Origin: Podarcis filfolensis
Taxonomy: Eukaryota
Assembly (NCBI GenBank): GCA_964270895.1
Contig: OZ185437.1
Direction: 5' to 3' (one strand)
DNA length: 64,000 nucleotides
Shown here: positions 52,351 through 64,000 of the stretch, one piece after another
Layout: each line of letters begins with the position of its first letter
Numbering within the stretch: the first letter of the stretch is position 1
Notes under the pieces: model-generated
Database searches by the model: none
What the model was told of the DNA's origin: nothing
The model's input: the letters and a program-made list of their open reading frames with translations, nothing else
Made by a program: the position numbers and the translations under genes

Positions 52351-53898
52351 GTGAGGCATTCCTAATTTATTTCTGATTTTTAACTCTGAAGATGTTGATT
52401 CAATCTTACTATAACTTGTTCATCATATATGTGAGTTTCTGTCCAGCAGTTCCCTTGGGGCGGAGGTGGTGGTGGTTGAAGCAAATGAATAAACCCATTA
52501 GAATAGACAAAAATGTAATTCTCACAGAGATGGAATACCTGGCCAAATTCACACCTCCAAAAGAGAATCTATACAAGAATCCAATAATTCTGGCATTCGC
52601 ACAGCAACTACAATCCTAGATGAAATTTGAGGTCCCCAAACCACATATCCATGTCTACTTCTGTACACAAAGAGCTTCCTCATGCTCCAGTTCTCTTCAT
52701 CAGAGCAAATAGCCCCATGTGCAGATTCATATATGCATACAGCTGTGACTCCCACTGAAGAGAATTGAATACCTTTGCAGAGAGCAGAGCTCTGCTCAAA
52801 GGTATGCATGAGAAGTCTCTGGTCTGAGAACTGTGAATGTCCCGGGCAATTCAAACCATTGAAGAGATGGCCAGCTGTGTAGGCAAAGGGCTGAGCTGCT
52901 GGGTTTTCTTTAGAGCCAGGAGTGTCAAAGCACACACATGGCCCTAACTCTACACCAAGGGTGGCCAGCAATAACACCCTCTGAATCAAATGTTCATCAG
53001 CCCCGAAATAGCATGGCCATTGGCCAAGGATGATGGAACTGAGTACAAGAACATCTGGAGGGCACCACATTGGCTATTCCTGCTCTACAGGCAGTTTATA
53101 TATATAAAAAATTGTGGATCTTGCAGCAAGATCTCTTACCTTGTAGTACAGCATTTACTCAATAGGTGCATTCAGAAGTAAGAGGTTTCACAGCAGAAGT
53201 AAACCTTTTGTTGACTCATGGATGGTCCCAACCCCACATCTAAGATAATAGGATTATGAAAGCAGATACTTACAAGGAGGATTGGTCAGCAGGAGGAAAA
53301 GGTACATAAGGCATCTCTATTGTTCCCTTGCATAAACACGCCCACCTCTCCCTGGGCTGTTTTCTCCCCGATTAGTTAATTTCTGATTTTAAATACCAGC
53401 CATGATAAAACACTGATCAGGTGGTATATTTGCAAGGAAGAAGAGGTGATGTTTGATTGGCTGAGTACATTTGTCATACCCACTGAATACTCCTACAAAT
53501 GACTATATTACTTCTGTGAAGGAAATAAGGAGTTAGGAACGTCTAACTTCTAGCTCAGCCCCTCTGAGTTGTAGCCTCAAAGTTGAGTTTTTCCACTTTC
53601 CCTAAAGCAATCATCTTTTTGCAGTGACATAACAACCAGAGCATCTAATGAAATGTATTGTGGAGTACAATGTATTTGAATAATATATTTTTACAAGTCA
53701 TCTGCCGTTGAAAAGACCACAATAACCAATGAACCCTTCATTGTCAAAGGCCTATTTCTTTAATTTTTTGCTTCATTTCCTGAGTTTCTGTGATTGTTGC
53801 TACCAAATTAAAGTTAATTTGGCTGGGGAAGATCTAATCTGGCCTTTATTTCACACACCCCTCCCTTAACTCTCCCCTTCATATATCTTATTGAGCAG

Positions 53899-54049
53899 GA
53901 GGTGACTTGCTTCAACGCTAAACTGAAAATCTTGGAGCACCGGCAGCAGCGAATTGCAGAGGTCAAGGCCAAGTACGAGTGGTTAATGAGGGAGCTGGAA
54001 GTGACCAAACAGTACCTGATGCTGGATCCTAATAAATGGCTCAGTGAAT
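53899..54049 (+). CDS. KIF26B: KIF26B coding exon (about exon 14), C-terminal coiled coil
   Basis: Acceptor ttgagcag|GAG. Translates [50 protein letters not shown]. Donor GAAT|gtaagg. 151 nt. Confidence 0.96.
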
Positions 54050-55429
54050 GTAAGGTTTTACTGCCTATAGTTGGTTTATTTCATTGACACAAAACTTTAC
54101 TGGTGCTGCAGCTAAGTATTGAACTACTATGTTTATAAGCAAAGCCTGTGCTGATGTTTGACCTGGAGCAGATTTGGATGGACTGCATTTCTAAAACTGT
54201 TGCTGCATAATTCCTATTAAACTGTGACATTGGAACCAAGTGGGCCTATTTGCTCAAGAGTCAGAGCCAGGAATTATGCAGCATTCTAGTGAGGAATATT
54301 GCCATCACTAGATTAACGCTTATGCGTCTCACTCCAGAGCTTCTGAAAATGAGATTTCCCTCCCCGCCCCCCTTTGCCCTCAGATCACTCAGACATATGA
54401 ATTATATTTTAAATCTGCTCTCCTGCTGTGAAATAATACTTTCAGGCAAATTTGGTTGAAATGGCTTATGTAAGACATTAATTTGTGTTTTTTTCCCCCT
54501 TTTACATATAGCTAGAAAAGGATAGAGTTCATACAGCTCATTCATAAAGAGATTAAAGAATCCCATATTCAAATTAGGAAGGATTCTTCTAAAGAAGCAA
54601 ACAAAATGTATAAAAGATACAGCCAAAGCTGGCTAAATCAATAGGTGAGGGTACCTCAGATATACAGGAAAAGTATTTTGCTGCGAGCTACTTAGAGCAG
54701 AGAATAACACTAAGGATAGGACTTTGGGCACCTGAAAAAAGAGGGCTCTAATCCACAAAAGCACGTGTTGCAGCCAACCTATTACTGCGCAATCCTAAAG
54801 TGGTGGTGAGCTCCCATGGTTGGGAAAATGCTATTTGACATCAGTGGGAAGGAAAATCTCTATGCCAGCTCCAGGGCTGGTGTAGTTTCTGCCCTTTGGG
54901 GTGAGGGTCAATGTGCCCTACCACTAACAATGCACCACTGACAGTACAGCGCTTCCTGTGGATGTACCAGGCACTCTACCATCCCACTGATGGAGGCCCT
55001 CTTTGACACATCTCTTATGATGTGGCTTTAGGATTGTGGCCTTAAGTCTTTTATGTGCTATGAAATACTTACTCTTTATCATGTGGTGCAGGGAATTTCA
55101 TATTACTTGGTATGAGCACTTTCAACGGAGCCTGTTCATAAGTTCACTTGCCTTTCTGCGTGCAGATGGTGACTTCTGAACTCAGGAGCATTGTATGAGG
55201 ACAGCTAAAACAAATCTAACAATGTTCTTCCACTGAGGCCTGCTATAGAACCTACCTGTCATAGCATTGCCCGTTTCTTGCACAAACTCTTTCCTTTCAC
55301 AGTTCTTTGAATCCAGTCCCTTGAGTAATACACACACCTGTGTGAATGAGCCCTTAAAGATAATAGCAATGTAGGGCTTGCGCTACCAATTTGGGTAATG
55401 TGCTGGGCCTTTTGCTTCCTTTCCCACAG

Positions 55430-55578
55430 TTGATCTGGAGCAAGTATTTGACTTGGATTCCCTGGAGTACTTGGAGGCTCTTGAGTGCGTGACTGAGCGA
55501 CTAGAGAACCGTGTCAACTATTGCAAGGCCCACCTCATGATGATCACCTGCTTTGACATCACTTCTGGGCGTCGGTGA
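55430..55578 (+). CDS. KIF26B: KIF26B terminal coding exon (about exon 15) with stop codon
   Basis: Acceptor cttttgcttcctttcccacag|TT. Translates [52 protein letters not shown] at 55576-55578. The short basic end matches recalled KIF26B, not the longer KIF26A C-terminus. Confidence 0.96.
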
Positions 55579-56220
55579 AGAATTAACCTCGAGAACATTT
55601 TGGACTACTGCCACTCCCCTTTCTCCCTTTTGAACAGCACCCCAAAGACCTAGAATGAGGATGAAGGTTGGTGTCATGTTTTGACTGTGTGTGGAAGAGA
55701 TTTCCCCCCTCTTATTATGCTGAAGAGTGGTGCATACATTGACTAGATGATGATGATGATGAAAAGCAAAGACGCTGAGAAATAAGGATGTGGAATCTCC
55801 TAGCCTGAAAGAGCACTTTGAGAAATCTTTAAGGACATGTTTGTAAATAGGAACTGCTGGCAGAAGTGACTTTACCCCTCAACAATAGCTGTAGAGGGAG
55901 GAAGAGCAGATGTAGGACCGACTGCTGCTGAGAGCACCATTGAAGTAAAAATACACAGGAAGACTGTCTTAAGTGCCTTGCAAATCTTTATTATCCAAAC
56001 ATTTATGTTCATACTTTCTTGTGTACAGATGGTGCTAGTCAAGAAAAAGAAAAAGACAAAAAATCAAAACACATTTTCTGAAATGTATTTACAGCCTGTT
56101 TTCCCCTCCCTCGGTGTTTTATCCTATTTCTGACTTGCTGTTTCTACGTAACTTGTGTTTGTAGAGATATTTCTTAACCGATACAGCATATAAATAAATG
56201 TTAACTGTCATTTATTGTTA
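55579..56220 (+). other. KIF26B: KIF26B 3' UTR (end approximate)
   Basis: Follows the stop codon, has no recognisable TE, and ends shortly after AATAAA at 56193. Cleavage site inferred. Confidence 0.7.
56193..56198 (+). promoter_or_regulatory. Candidate polyadenylation signal AATAAA
   Basis: First canonical AATAAA I found after the stop codon, in an AT-rich context. Confidence 0.65.
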
Positions 56221-59200
56221 CACACGAGAGTAAGGCCACTCAAAGAGAAAAAGATATTAAACCGTGTACATGAAACCCAAAATATTTGATAGTAATGGAA
56301 GAGGAGAGGTCCACTTTGTTATTAAAGAACATAAATGTGGATTTTCTGGCAAAATAACAAGACTTCAGTTGACATCACTAGGAAAGCAGAAGTCTTCACT
56401 GCTTTTTTTTGTTGGCTGTTACTTTTTGTACTCAGATTGTGGTATTTACACCACCAGTTTTCATGGATGCTCAAATGAAGATAATTACTATTTCTCTTAG
56501 TTTATGTTGACCAGGTATCTTCATTCTTTTCAGACCCAGGATCCACTTTTAATCCAAACATGAATTTGGGGACCAATTTCTTAATCTTTTACCTTGTATT
56601 TGCATGGTGGTGGTGCTCCTGTTAACCCACTAGCACATCTCAACATCACTGGTCTTCAACTGGTGGACTGATTGACCGCTGCCTCTTTTTTTCCTGAGGT
56701 ATGTCTAGGTTTGTCCTAGAGCTGCCTTCATTTGGTTACAGAGATACTGCAAATGATTCCCTACCTGTTATGGCTCTGGGTCTATGAACACTGGAATGGT
56801 TATGGTAGATCAGACCAGCATCCTTCTAGTTTGTGGAATTTACAGCAATCAGGTGTGGTGGTGGTCTCTAGTTAGGATGGATTTAAAAGGGATTAGGCAA
56901 ATTCATGGAGGGTAGTCAAGATTGCTATAGGGAACCTTTTGGTTGAAGAGGTCAGTAGGCACTGAATACCAGGTGCTGAAGCCACAACAAGGCAAGTCTT
57001 CATGTCCTGCTTCTCAGAGACATCCAGTTGAGCACCATGAGAAACTGGATGCTACTAGATGGACCATTTGTATGATCGAAGAGGACATGTATTATGTTTA
57101 GATGCACATCAATACACATCACAGCACCAGCCAAACAGCCCTTTTAACAAGCTGCAAAACCTGTTCAGTAGAAAAAGCAGATCTGCAAAAAATGAATCCA
57201 GACCCCTTTCTCCTTTCTGATCTGTGAGATACATTTTTAAAGAATTGAACAGCATATGTACTGCTCCATCTGCTGGATTGGGTAGGAGACACGGTTTTTT
57301 TGCCATATTTGATTCTCTATCAGGCTAGGGATAGGGACAAGGAGGACTGCTTCTGTATACATGTACATTTCTTATAGATCAGTGCATAATACTTCAAAGG
57401 GGGAGAGTTAAATGAGCAACACCTGATTGCATCTCTGCTTGATAAACATCTTCCATCAACAAACTCCAAAATTTGCCAATTTTATTTTTAGTAGTCATGC
57501 CAAGATGAGAAGCCACTTGATCCAGCTTTTCTCTTTTTCGGTAACTTATTGTGAGACACAAAACAAGGCATTCAGAAATATTAAACAACTAGTATCACAA
57601 TTTACCTTCACAACTGCATTATTAAAAGTTCATCAGATTATTCACAAGTCATTAGAGGAATCTACAGTACAACATCAATGGCACAAATGTCTCACATCAG
57701 CTCTGTGTCCTGTGCAGACAGACAAAGACTTCCAAAAGCCTGGCCCTAAAAACATGCGGACATCCCTACCTGATCCAAGTGCATGAACAAAGTCTTTTTT
57801 AACAACGGTAAAATTCTGATCTTCCTCTGAAATATGTTCTTACCTCACTTTCTTCTGATCCACCTTCACATTCCTTGAAATTTCCTGCAAAATAAATATT
57901 TGCAAGTAAGGTAATTTCCCAAGACCCAAGCTTGGAACATTTGCAAAGCTACTTCATGGCCTCTTGGTGCCTGGTAAGAACACATGTGCTGTTTAAGATA
58001 AGTTTGCTAGATCAAACCAAGGTGGCATCATGTGCAAGTGTCACTTGCTGAATTACAGGCATAACTTGGAAGCACAAAATCCTAGGGTCAAATGAGATGT
58101 GATGATGGAGGATTGGGCAGTGTCTTAGAAGGCTAAAGGTGGTTGGGTGCCCCAATGCTTCCTCTTTGGGAATTGGGGAATGTAACACTTTCCCCCAAGC
58201 TATTTTCTAAACATAGAAAACATCTGAAACTATTTTCCCCATGGGGCAAAATGCAGCTCCTGAGGGGTAGAGGAGGGTGGTGGAAATACCATTCATATGT
58301 ACACATCATATGCAATTATAGATTAGGATGGTATTTTTTTGTTTGCTGTCCATGTCAAACAAACCCTCCCTCCAATTTTCCTTATTTGCATTCCTAAACA
58401 CTGACATTAGAAAACAAATAACAGCCATAGCACACACATATTCTCACTTTGCTGAGTTAAAAACAATAAGGTTAAGAGGGTGCATAGATAAACCGATGGA
58501 AATCTGTGTGGTGGTACAGCTATGTTTTATGTGTTTGAGTTAGGGCACCTACTTACAAGCAGCAAAGCATAACTTATGACGCTCATTGCAAAACTCTGTC
58601 CATAAAACCTTTACAGCCCCCACGCACCAGCAGGCTGGCCATTTATGCCACTGTATTTTATAGAAACTATATTTTAAAACGAGGGCTGTGTTATTATCTA
58701 TGCATGTTCTCCTGCCTATAAAGCTGTGTGGCTGTAGTTGCCTCGTATAAACCTTTGAAAAATGGTTGAAACATTTATAAAAATAAATAGAAAAATGCAT
58801 TTAGGTGTCAATAATTTAAGGTCAGGTGCACTCTAGACCTCTAGGATTAACTCTGCCACTATATGTATAATATAAACAGATAATGTGTGATCAAAATGGA
58901 GCGTGACTATTTGCTCCTTATAAAATGAAACAACACCCCTGTGCCTTTTGAGCCCCCATGCAGGCCTTCTCTAATTGGCAGAGGAATGAAGGAAAGCAGA
59001 TGAGCTAAATTAGCTCACAAAATATTTCCCTGATCTATGTTGAGGGAAAGAGCTGTACCACAGACGTTTTGGCATCAAGGCATGGAACAGTGATGTGCCT
59101 ATGGCAAATGGCATATATGATGAAAGACACATGCAAGCAACATCTAAAATGGTTATTGTTGATCATAAGCAACATGTAAAACATTAAGCAAACTCTCATT

Positions 59201-62200
59201 AAATGGTAACTCGCTACCACAGATGTCAACGGGGAAAGCAGTGGCCCATATGCTCTGGTGACTGCACTTGGCGATCATACGCTACAGAGCCCAGAGAAGC
59301 CTTGGCTGTGATTCTTTGGCTCATTTGACAATTTCCTCACTAATTTTTAGCTAATAACTTCCACCTTGCATGAAGGTTGGAAAATAATAGCTGAGCACCC
59401 ATGATGCTTCATAGAATTTTTCCTCTGCTCTAGCTAATAGTCAAGAAATGAGAGCAACCAATTTTTTTCTAAACTATTTCCAGATGAAAGTTTTTTATTT
59501 TATTTTATTGGAGCATCTGCCTCTGGCCAACTAAGCAGATGTGGCATGTTTCTCAAATTTCTGTTGTCAGACTATCCAAACTTGGCCACAAATTTGCCAG
59601 TGGAGTTGATATGAACTTCTTTTACGTACCATCTTGAGCATACCTTTTGCTGCTGAATTCCTGGTACTCAGGTTCAAGCATTAACTTCCAGCTGGCTTGA
59701 TCAAAGTGGTCCAAGATGTTCATGTTGCAGGAAAAATCCATGGCAGGTTATTTGAGCCCGAACAACACCCATTCAAATTGACCTTTCAACCTCTCCCAAG
59801 GATGGAGGAGAGGATGCATTTTGTAAAACTTTGAGTGGCCCTACTCAACTCTGGAGCATACTTTATAATAAAATGATGGTAATAAAAGTGGTGCTTAAAG
59901 CAGTTTCAGCTATATCTATATGACATATACTCTCTATATGAATTTAGCCACCTTATATATTGTATAATATGCGTGTGAATGGGTATCTGAATAAAACACT
60001 CACTCGCCTAAAGATTTTATGTACACATAGATACTACTTTTTCTAAATTTCAGCTCCTTCCCCAATTTCCCTAGCTGAAACTGCTACCTGACATCCATCA
60101 CCTATTTGACGTATGAAGGACATAATTTATTTGTAAACTCAGGATGTTCTTGCTTTATAGAATTGCTTGTACTTTATAATTTATTTAACCATCATGATTG
60201 GAAATGCTTATCTAAGTGCTATGCATTGAAGTGTACATTTGCTGAATCCATTTCATTCTGTCTGTGGCTATGTCCTTTTCCATAGTAACCGTGGTATAAT
60301 AAAGTCACGTAAGGTTGGAGAGAGACCCCTGCTAGGGGGAATCACTTCTACTGAGTCAGTCACAAGAAGTTCCACAAGAAGACAGATCTACACACTAATC
60401 GTCTGCTATATCACCTAGGCTCCATTACAGGGGTGGGGGACTTCTTCCAGACCCAGAGACACATTCCCATCTGGGCAACCTTCCAGGGGGTCAGCCACAT
60501 GCCAGCAATGGGTGGGGCCAGAGACAAAAGTGGCGAAAGAGACAAATGTAAATGTTACCTTTGTACATGCTAGCTTCCATGCAAATGTACCCACCATTCC
60601 TTGATCCAGGCAACCAAGAGGCATTGTCGGGGTTCAAAGACCCATTCCAGTCAAGCAACATCACTCAAGGAGGGCTGGCAAGGGGGGATGTGGCCTGAGA
60701 AGAGTCCTGGGAGCCAGACAGAGTGGGCTGGGGGGCAGCACTTGACCCCAGAGCCTCTAAGGTTCCTCACCTCTGCTTTGCTGGAAAAAGAACCAACAGG
60801 GAGGGGGTGGACCCATACAGCAGTAGGACAAGAATGGAAAAGTAACCGAGAAACACACACAAAATGGAAACTGATTGAATGAATATGTCAAGCCTTTTGC
60901 CATTAAAATGTAAAGTTCACTGTTTGCTGGTTTAAAAAAAGAATCTCTTACCTTTTGTGGTATATGAGGTGTGAAACATATTGTCAAAGATATGATGTTT
61001 AAAAGATATCAAAATATAGTGGCATTAAATGTTTACTTTTATCTTACCAATTCTTGTGCTTCCCTGGAAGTCTTCCTTCAGTGAAAACACTTGGTTCCTT
61101 CCCACAGGTTTCTGGAGCAGGTTTTTGCCGGCGAATAATGCAGTATTGCAAAGTTACTTTAGGAAATGTGCACATGAGAGCCAGCACTGCCTTAAACATC
61201 CAATAGGAATTGGATTCGTGCTGATTCCACCACAGGCTGGCTAATTAAATGATTCCCCAAGGAAGTAAGAGTCAAGTAATAGACATTTTAAGGGATTAAA
61301 AGATTTTACCAGTAAGGTTACTATTTACTACAAGATCACTGGTTGATACCACTGTAGGGATCTAAACAAAAGATTGCTGGGAAGGACTAAGATGATGACC
61401 AAATCTACATTTCCTCCCATCCTCAGCTATGTATATTGGTAAGGCCAAAACACTCAGATTTGGCCTCATAAAAAGCAGTCCAGTCACCTGGTGTTCCACA
61501 AGCAAAGCCGCATCAAGAAACACTCTCTCTGCTTTAACATTGTGCTACTGGACCACAGCTTCACACATCCACCAATCAGTCTCCTGCCAAAAAAATGAGG
61601 GAAGGAGAAAAGTGATCACATCAGTTCTAGAAAACTCATTTCCAGTAGTGCCTCAATTAGCACTTCATTTCCCAAGTTTTCATTAATGAAAACAGGCACA
61701 CCCTCGGGTGTTTATAGCACCCCCAGAAACACAACAAGGATCACTGCCTGCAAGCCTTGCCATGTACAGTATTAAACATTGCTGACATTATATACTCAAA
61801 TACATCCAGACTTCCAGCCTGCTCAATACATGGTAGTGATGGAGCTGAACACTTAATTTCCCTTCCACTGCAATTCCAGCTGCAGAATGGGAGACCCATG
61901 ATTAAGACTGCTAACTCAACAGGCTAACATCTGAGCAAGAAAACATTTAATCCCAAGCACACAATGTTTTAATACATACGTTTAAAACTGCATGTTGACT
62001 AGCACTGATGCTAAAGTCTGAAAAATGAGGAACAATGTCAAGGGTAGGAGGAGAGAGAGAAGAGACAAAAACAATTCTCAACAGTCTGGTGACAGCTGTA
62101 GTCAATCAATCAATTTCTTACAGTCAATGACCAGTATTAACAGCTGTAGCCACTTTTCCTGTTTCATTGGCTAAGATTATATACTTTGGAAAATAGCACA

Positions 62201-63589
62201 ACCAGGAAAATAGCAAAGCAGAATAGCAACAGTATTTCTGTACTGGCTATCCCACCACCCTGTCACCAAATGTTTTTTTGTTTTTTTTTTCAAGATCAGA
62301 TCAGCAGCAAACATCCCTAACAGGTAATAATTTATTATTTATTAAATTTGTATACTGCCCTTCATTCAAAGATCACAGGGAAGTGCACAACGTAAAAATA
62401 CAAAATGAGAACACAAAACACATTGGAAAAAACAAAAACAAACCAATAACCCTCCACTCCTAATAAAGAACAAGTGTATGCCATGCCTTGTGTTGGGCGA
62501 CTTTTGCTGCCCTAAGAGAGGACAGCTTGGATTGAGGCCAAGGCTGCGTCTTTGGGCCTCAGCAGCCTAAGCCGCTTGCCTTCCAAAGGTTATCTGTGAA
62601 GCCACAAGCTAAATTAAAATTAAAATTCTGGCGTTTGCAGTGAAATTTGTTGGAAGGCACCTAATCCTTGGAATTTTCAGTGCTCATTTGATCTCTGTTT
62701 AGGGCTGTAAGCAGAAACAAAAACAACCCCCAAAAGGCAGTGGCTAATCCCATTCTGTTTGCAATTCAAAACACTTTCCAGTGTGATTTATTTACAATGA
62801 AATATGCACTAATGTGAGTGGGACCAATGTGATTTACAGAGCATGTTCAGTAACAAAATCTGTCAAAGATTAAATTAAAACCCCAGCCTAGCAAGCAAGT
62901 CTCTTGCCTCTAGGCCTAGAGTAATGTACATAGGCAAAATATTGATTTTGCATAGAGACTGAAGCTTTATTTTGACTGATGCAACTCGGAATTGTTATTG
63001 CTATATGGAAAAGAGTTGATGAGATTTTTTTCCAGCCAAGTTCAGTTGGCCCACAACAGCATTCATGCTCCTGTCTCACCAGCACTTCCAGACACAGCCA
63101 ACGGAGGGACATTTGTCAGTGCTGGGAATGGGCTAAGAGACACTCTGAAAAGTTGTAGATGCCTATCTTGTTAGTATGTCTCATCTTCCCTACCTGGTGA
63201 TGCCACTTACAACTCTCATACTTCTGTGGTTAATAAAGATGATTAAAAATATGTGCTTTTAATATCCTTATTAAGAATGCTTTTAATACTTCTCTGCCCT
63301 GTTAAAAGCATAACACCTAATTAATACATTGATGGATTTTTATGTTCCATTTTTATAGCTGTATTTCTGACTCTCGATAATCCTATGTTCAGCTTCAGAT
63401 CTCTTTCTTTCCGATTCCTCCTTCATCTGATGCTTGTTATTATTCAAGTGGCAGACTTTGTACTTCATACTATTAAAATAACATTTCAGATGCCTGCACA
63501 AGCACAGCTGTCTATCCACTTCCTAATCCCAAACTCTGATAAGCAGAAAGAGTGAGGGGGAGGGGGAGAGAAGATTCACATTCCTGATC

Positions 63590-63720
63590 AGCCATTAAGT
63601 CTGCTGGGTGACCTTTGGGCCAGTGACAATCTCTCAGCCTAACCTACCTCATAGTATTTTTGAGAGGATAATATGGGAGAAAACCCTGCACATTGTCCTA
63701 ACATTTTTGGAGGAGGTACA
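63590..63720 (+). mobile_element. Old CORE/MIR-like SINE fragment
   Basis: GGGTGACCTTTGGGCCAGTGAC..TCTCTCAGCCTAACCTACCTCA..GAGGATAA resembles the recalled MIR-type core. Confidence 0.5.
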
Positions 63721-64000
63721 AAAAGGTAGTAAGCAGAACTAGCATTTGTAGCCATCATCACTTGGGAGGACCGTAAAAATATGATGAATCTCATTGTAAG
63801 TAAGTCTCTCTACTGCACAACATGGTGTTTGCTGCCACAAAAGAATCCTGTTGTTTTGTTTGGGTTTCTGTTTCGTAAATGGGGACAGAGATTTCACTCT
63901 ATCTACAGCTAATAAGAAGTTATAGGAGTTCCACCCGTCCAGATGTGAGATGTGTAGTGATTGTTGAAAAGACTAAGGCCTCAAAAATCTGGCTGCTTCA

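Noticed and set aside
52549-53070. 173-aa minus-strand ORF in intron 13
   Set aside because: Starts inside a palindromic MITE relic; no recognisable homology.
31228-55578. Identity as KIF26A
   Set aside because: The C-terminus FDITSGRR* and internal blocks match recalled KIF26B; KIF26A has a different, longer end.
56300-64000. SMYD3 terminal exon (tail-to-tail neighbour in mammals)
   Set aside because: No minus-strand match to the recalled SMYD3 C-terminus was seen.

Overview
Eukaryotic genomic DNA from a squamate reptile, most likely a lacertid lizard (inferred from Sauria SINEs, BovB and CR1/L2 tails). The window holds the 3' part of KIF26B (kinesin-11 family) on the + strand. There are five coding exons, numbered 11-15 by analogy to the mammalian gene: 31228-31390, 34198-37603 (a 3406-nt exon), 52151-52350, 53899-54049 and 55430-55578. 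All splice junctions are GT-AG, the phases join into one open frame, and a 3' UTR with AATAAA at 56193 follows. Bases 1-31227 are read as one long upstream intron (no earlier motor-domain exon was found by eye), and the last ~7.7 kb look intergenic. The rest is transposon-derived: a BovB fragment, CR1 and L2 fragments, two young Sauria SINEs, Tigger-like MITEs and hAT MITEs. Most short ORFs in the supplied track are spurious. I cannot establish a new biological system from sequence alone. The best leads are: a young hAT MITE family carrying telomere-like TTAGGG units; two nested inverted MITE pairs bracketing exactly exons 11-12 (possible circRNA or dsRNA editing); a 27-bp micro-inversion inside a CR1; an old local duplication; and a dense miRNA/Pumilio motif cluster in the 3' UTR. 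Reference sequences used for comparison are recalled from memory and were not database-checked.
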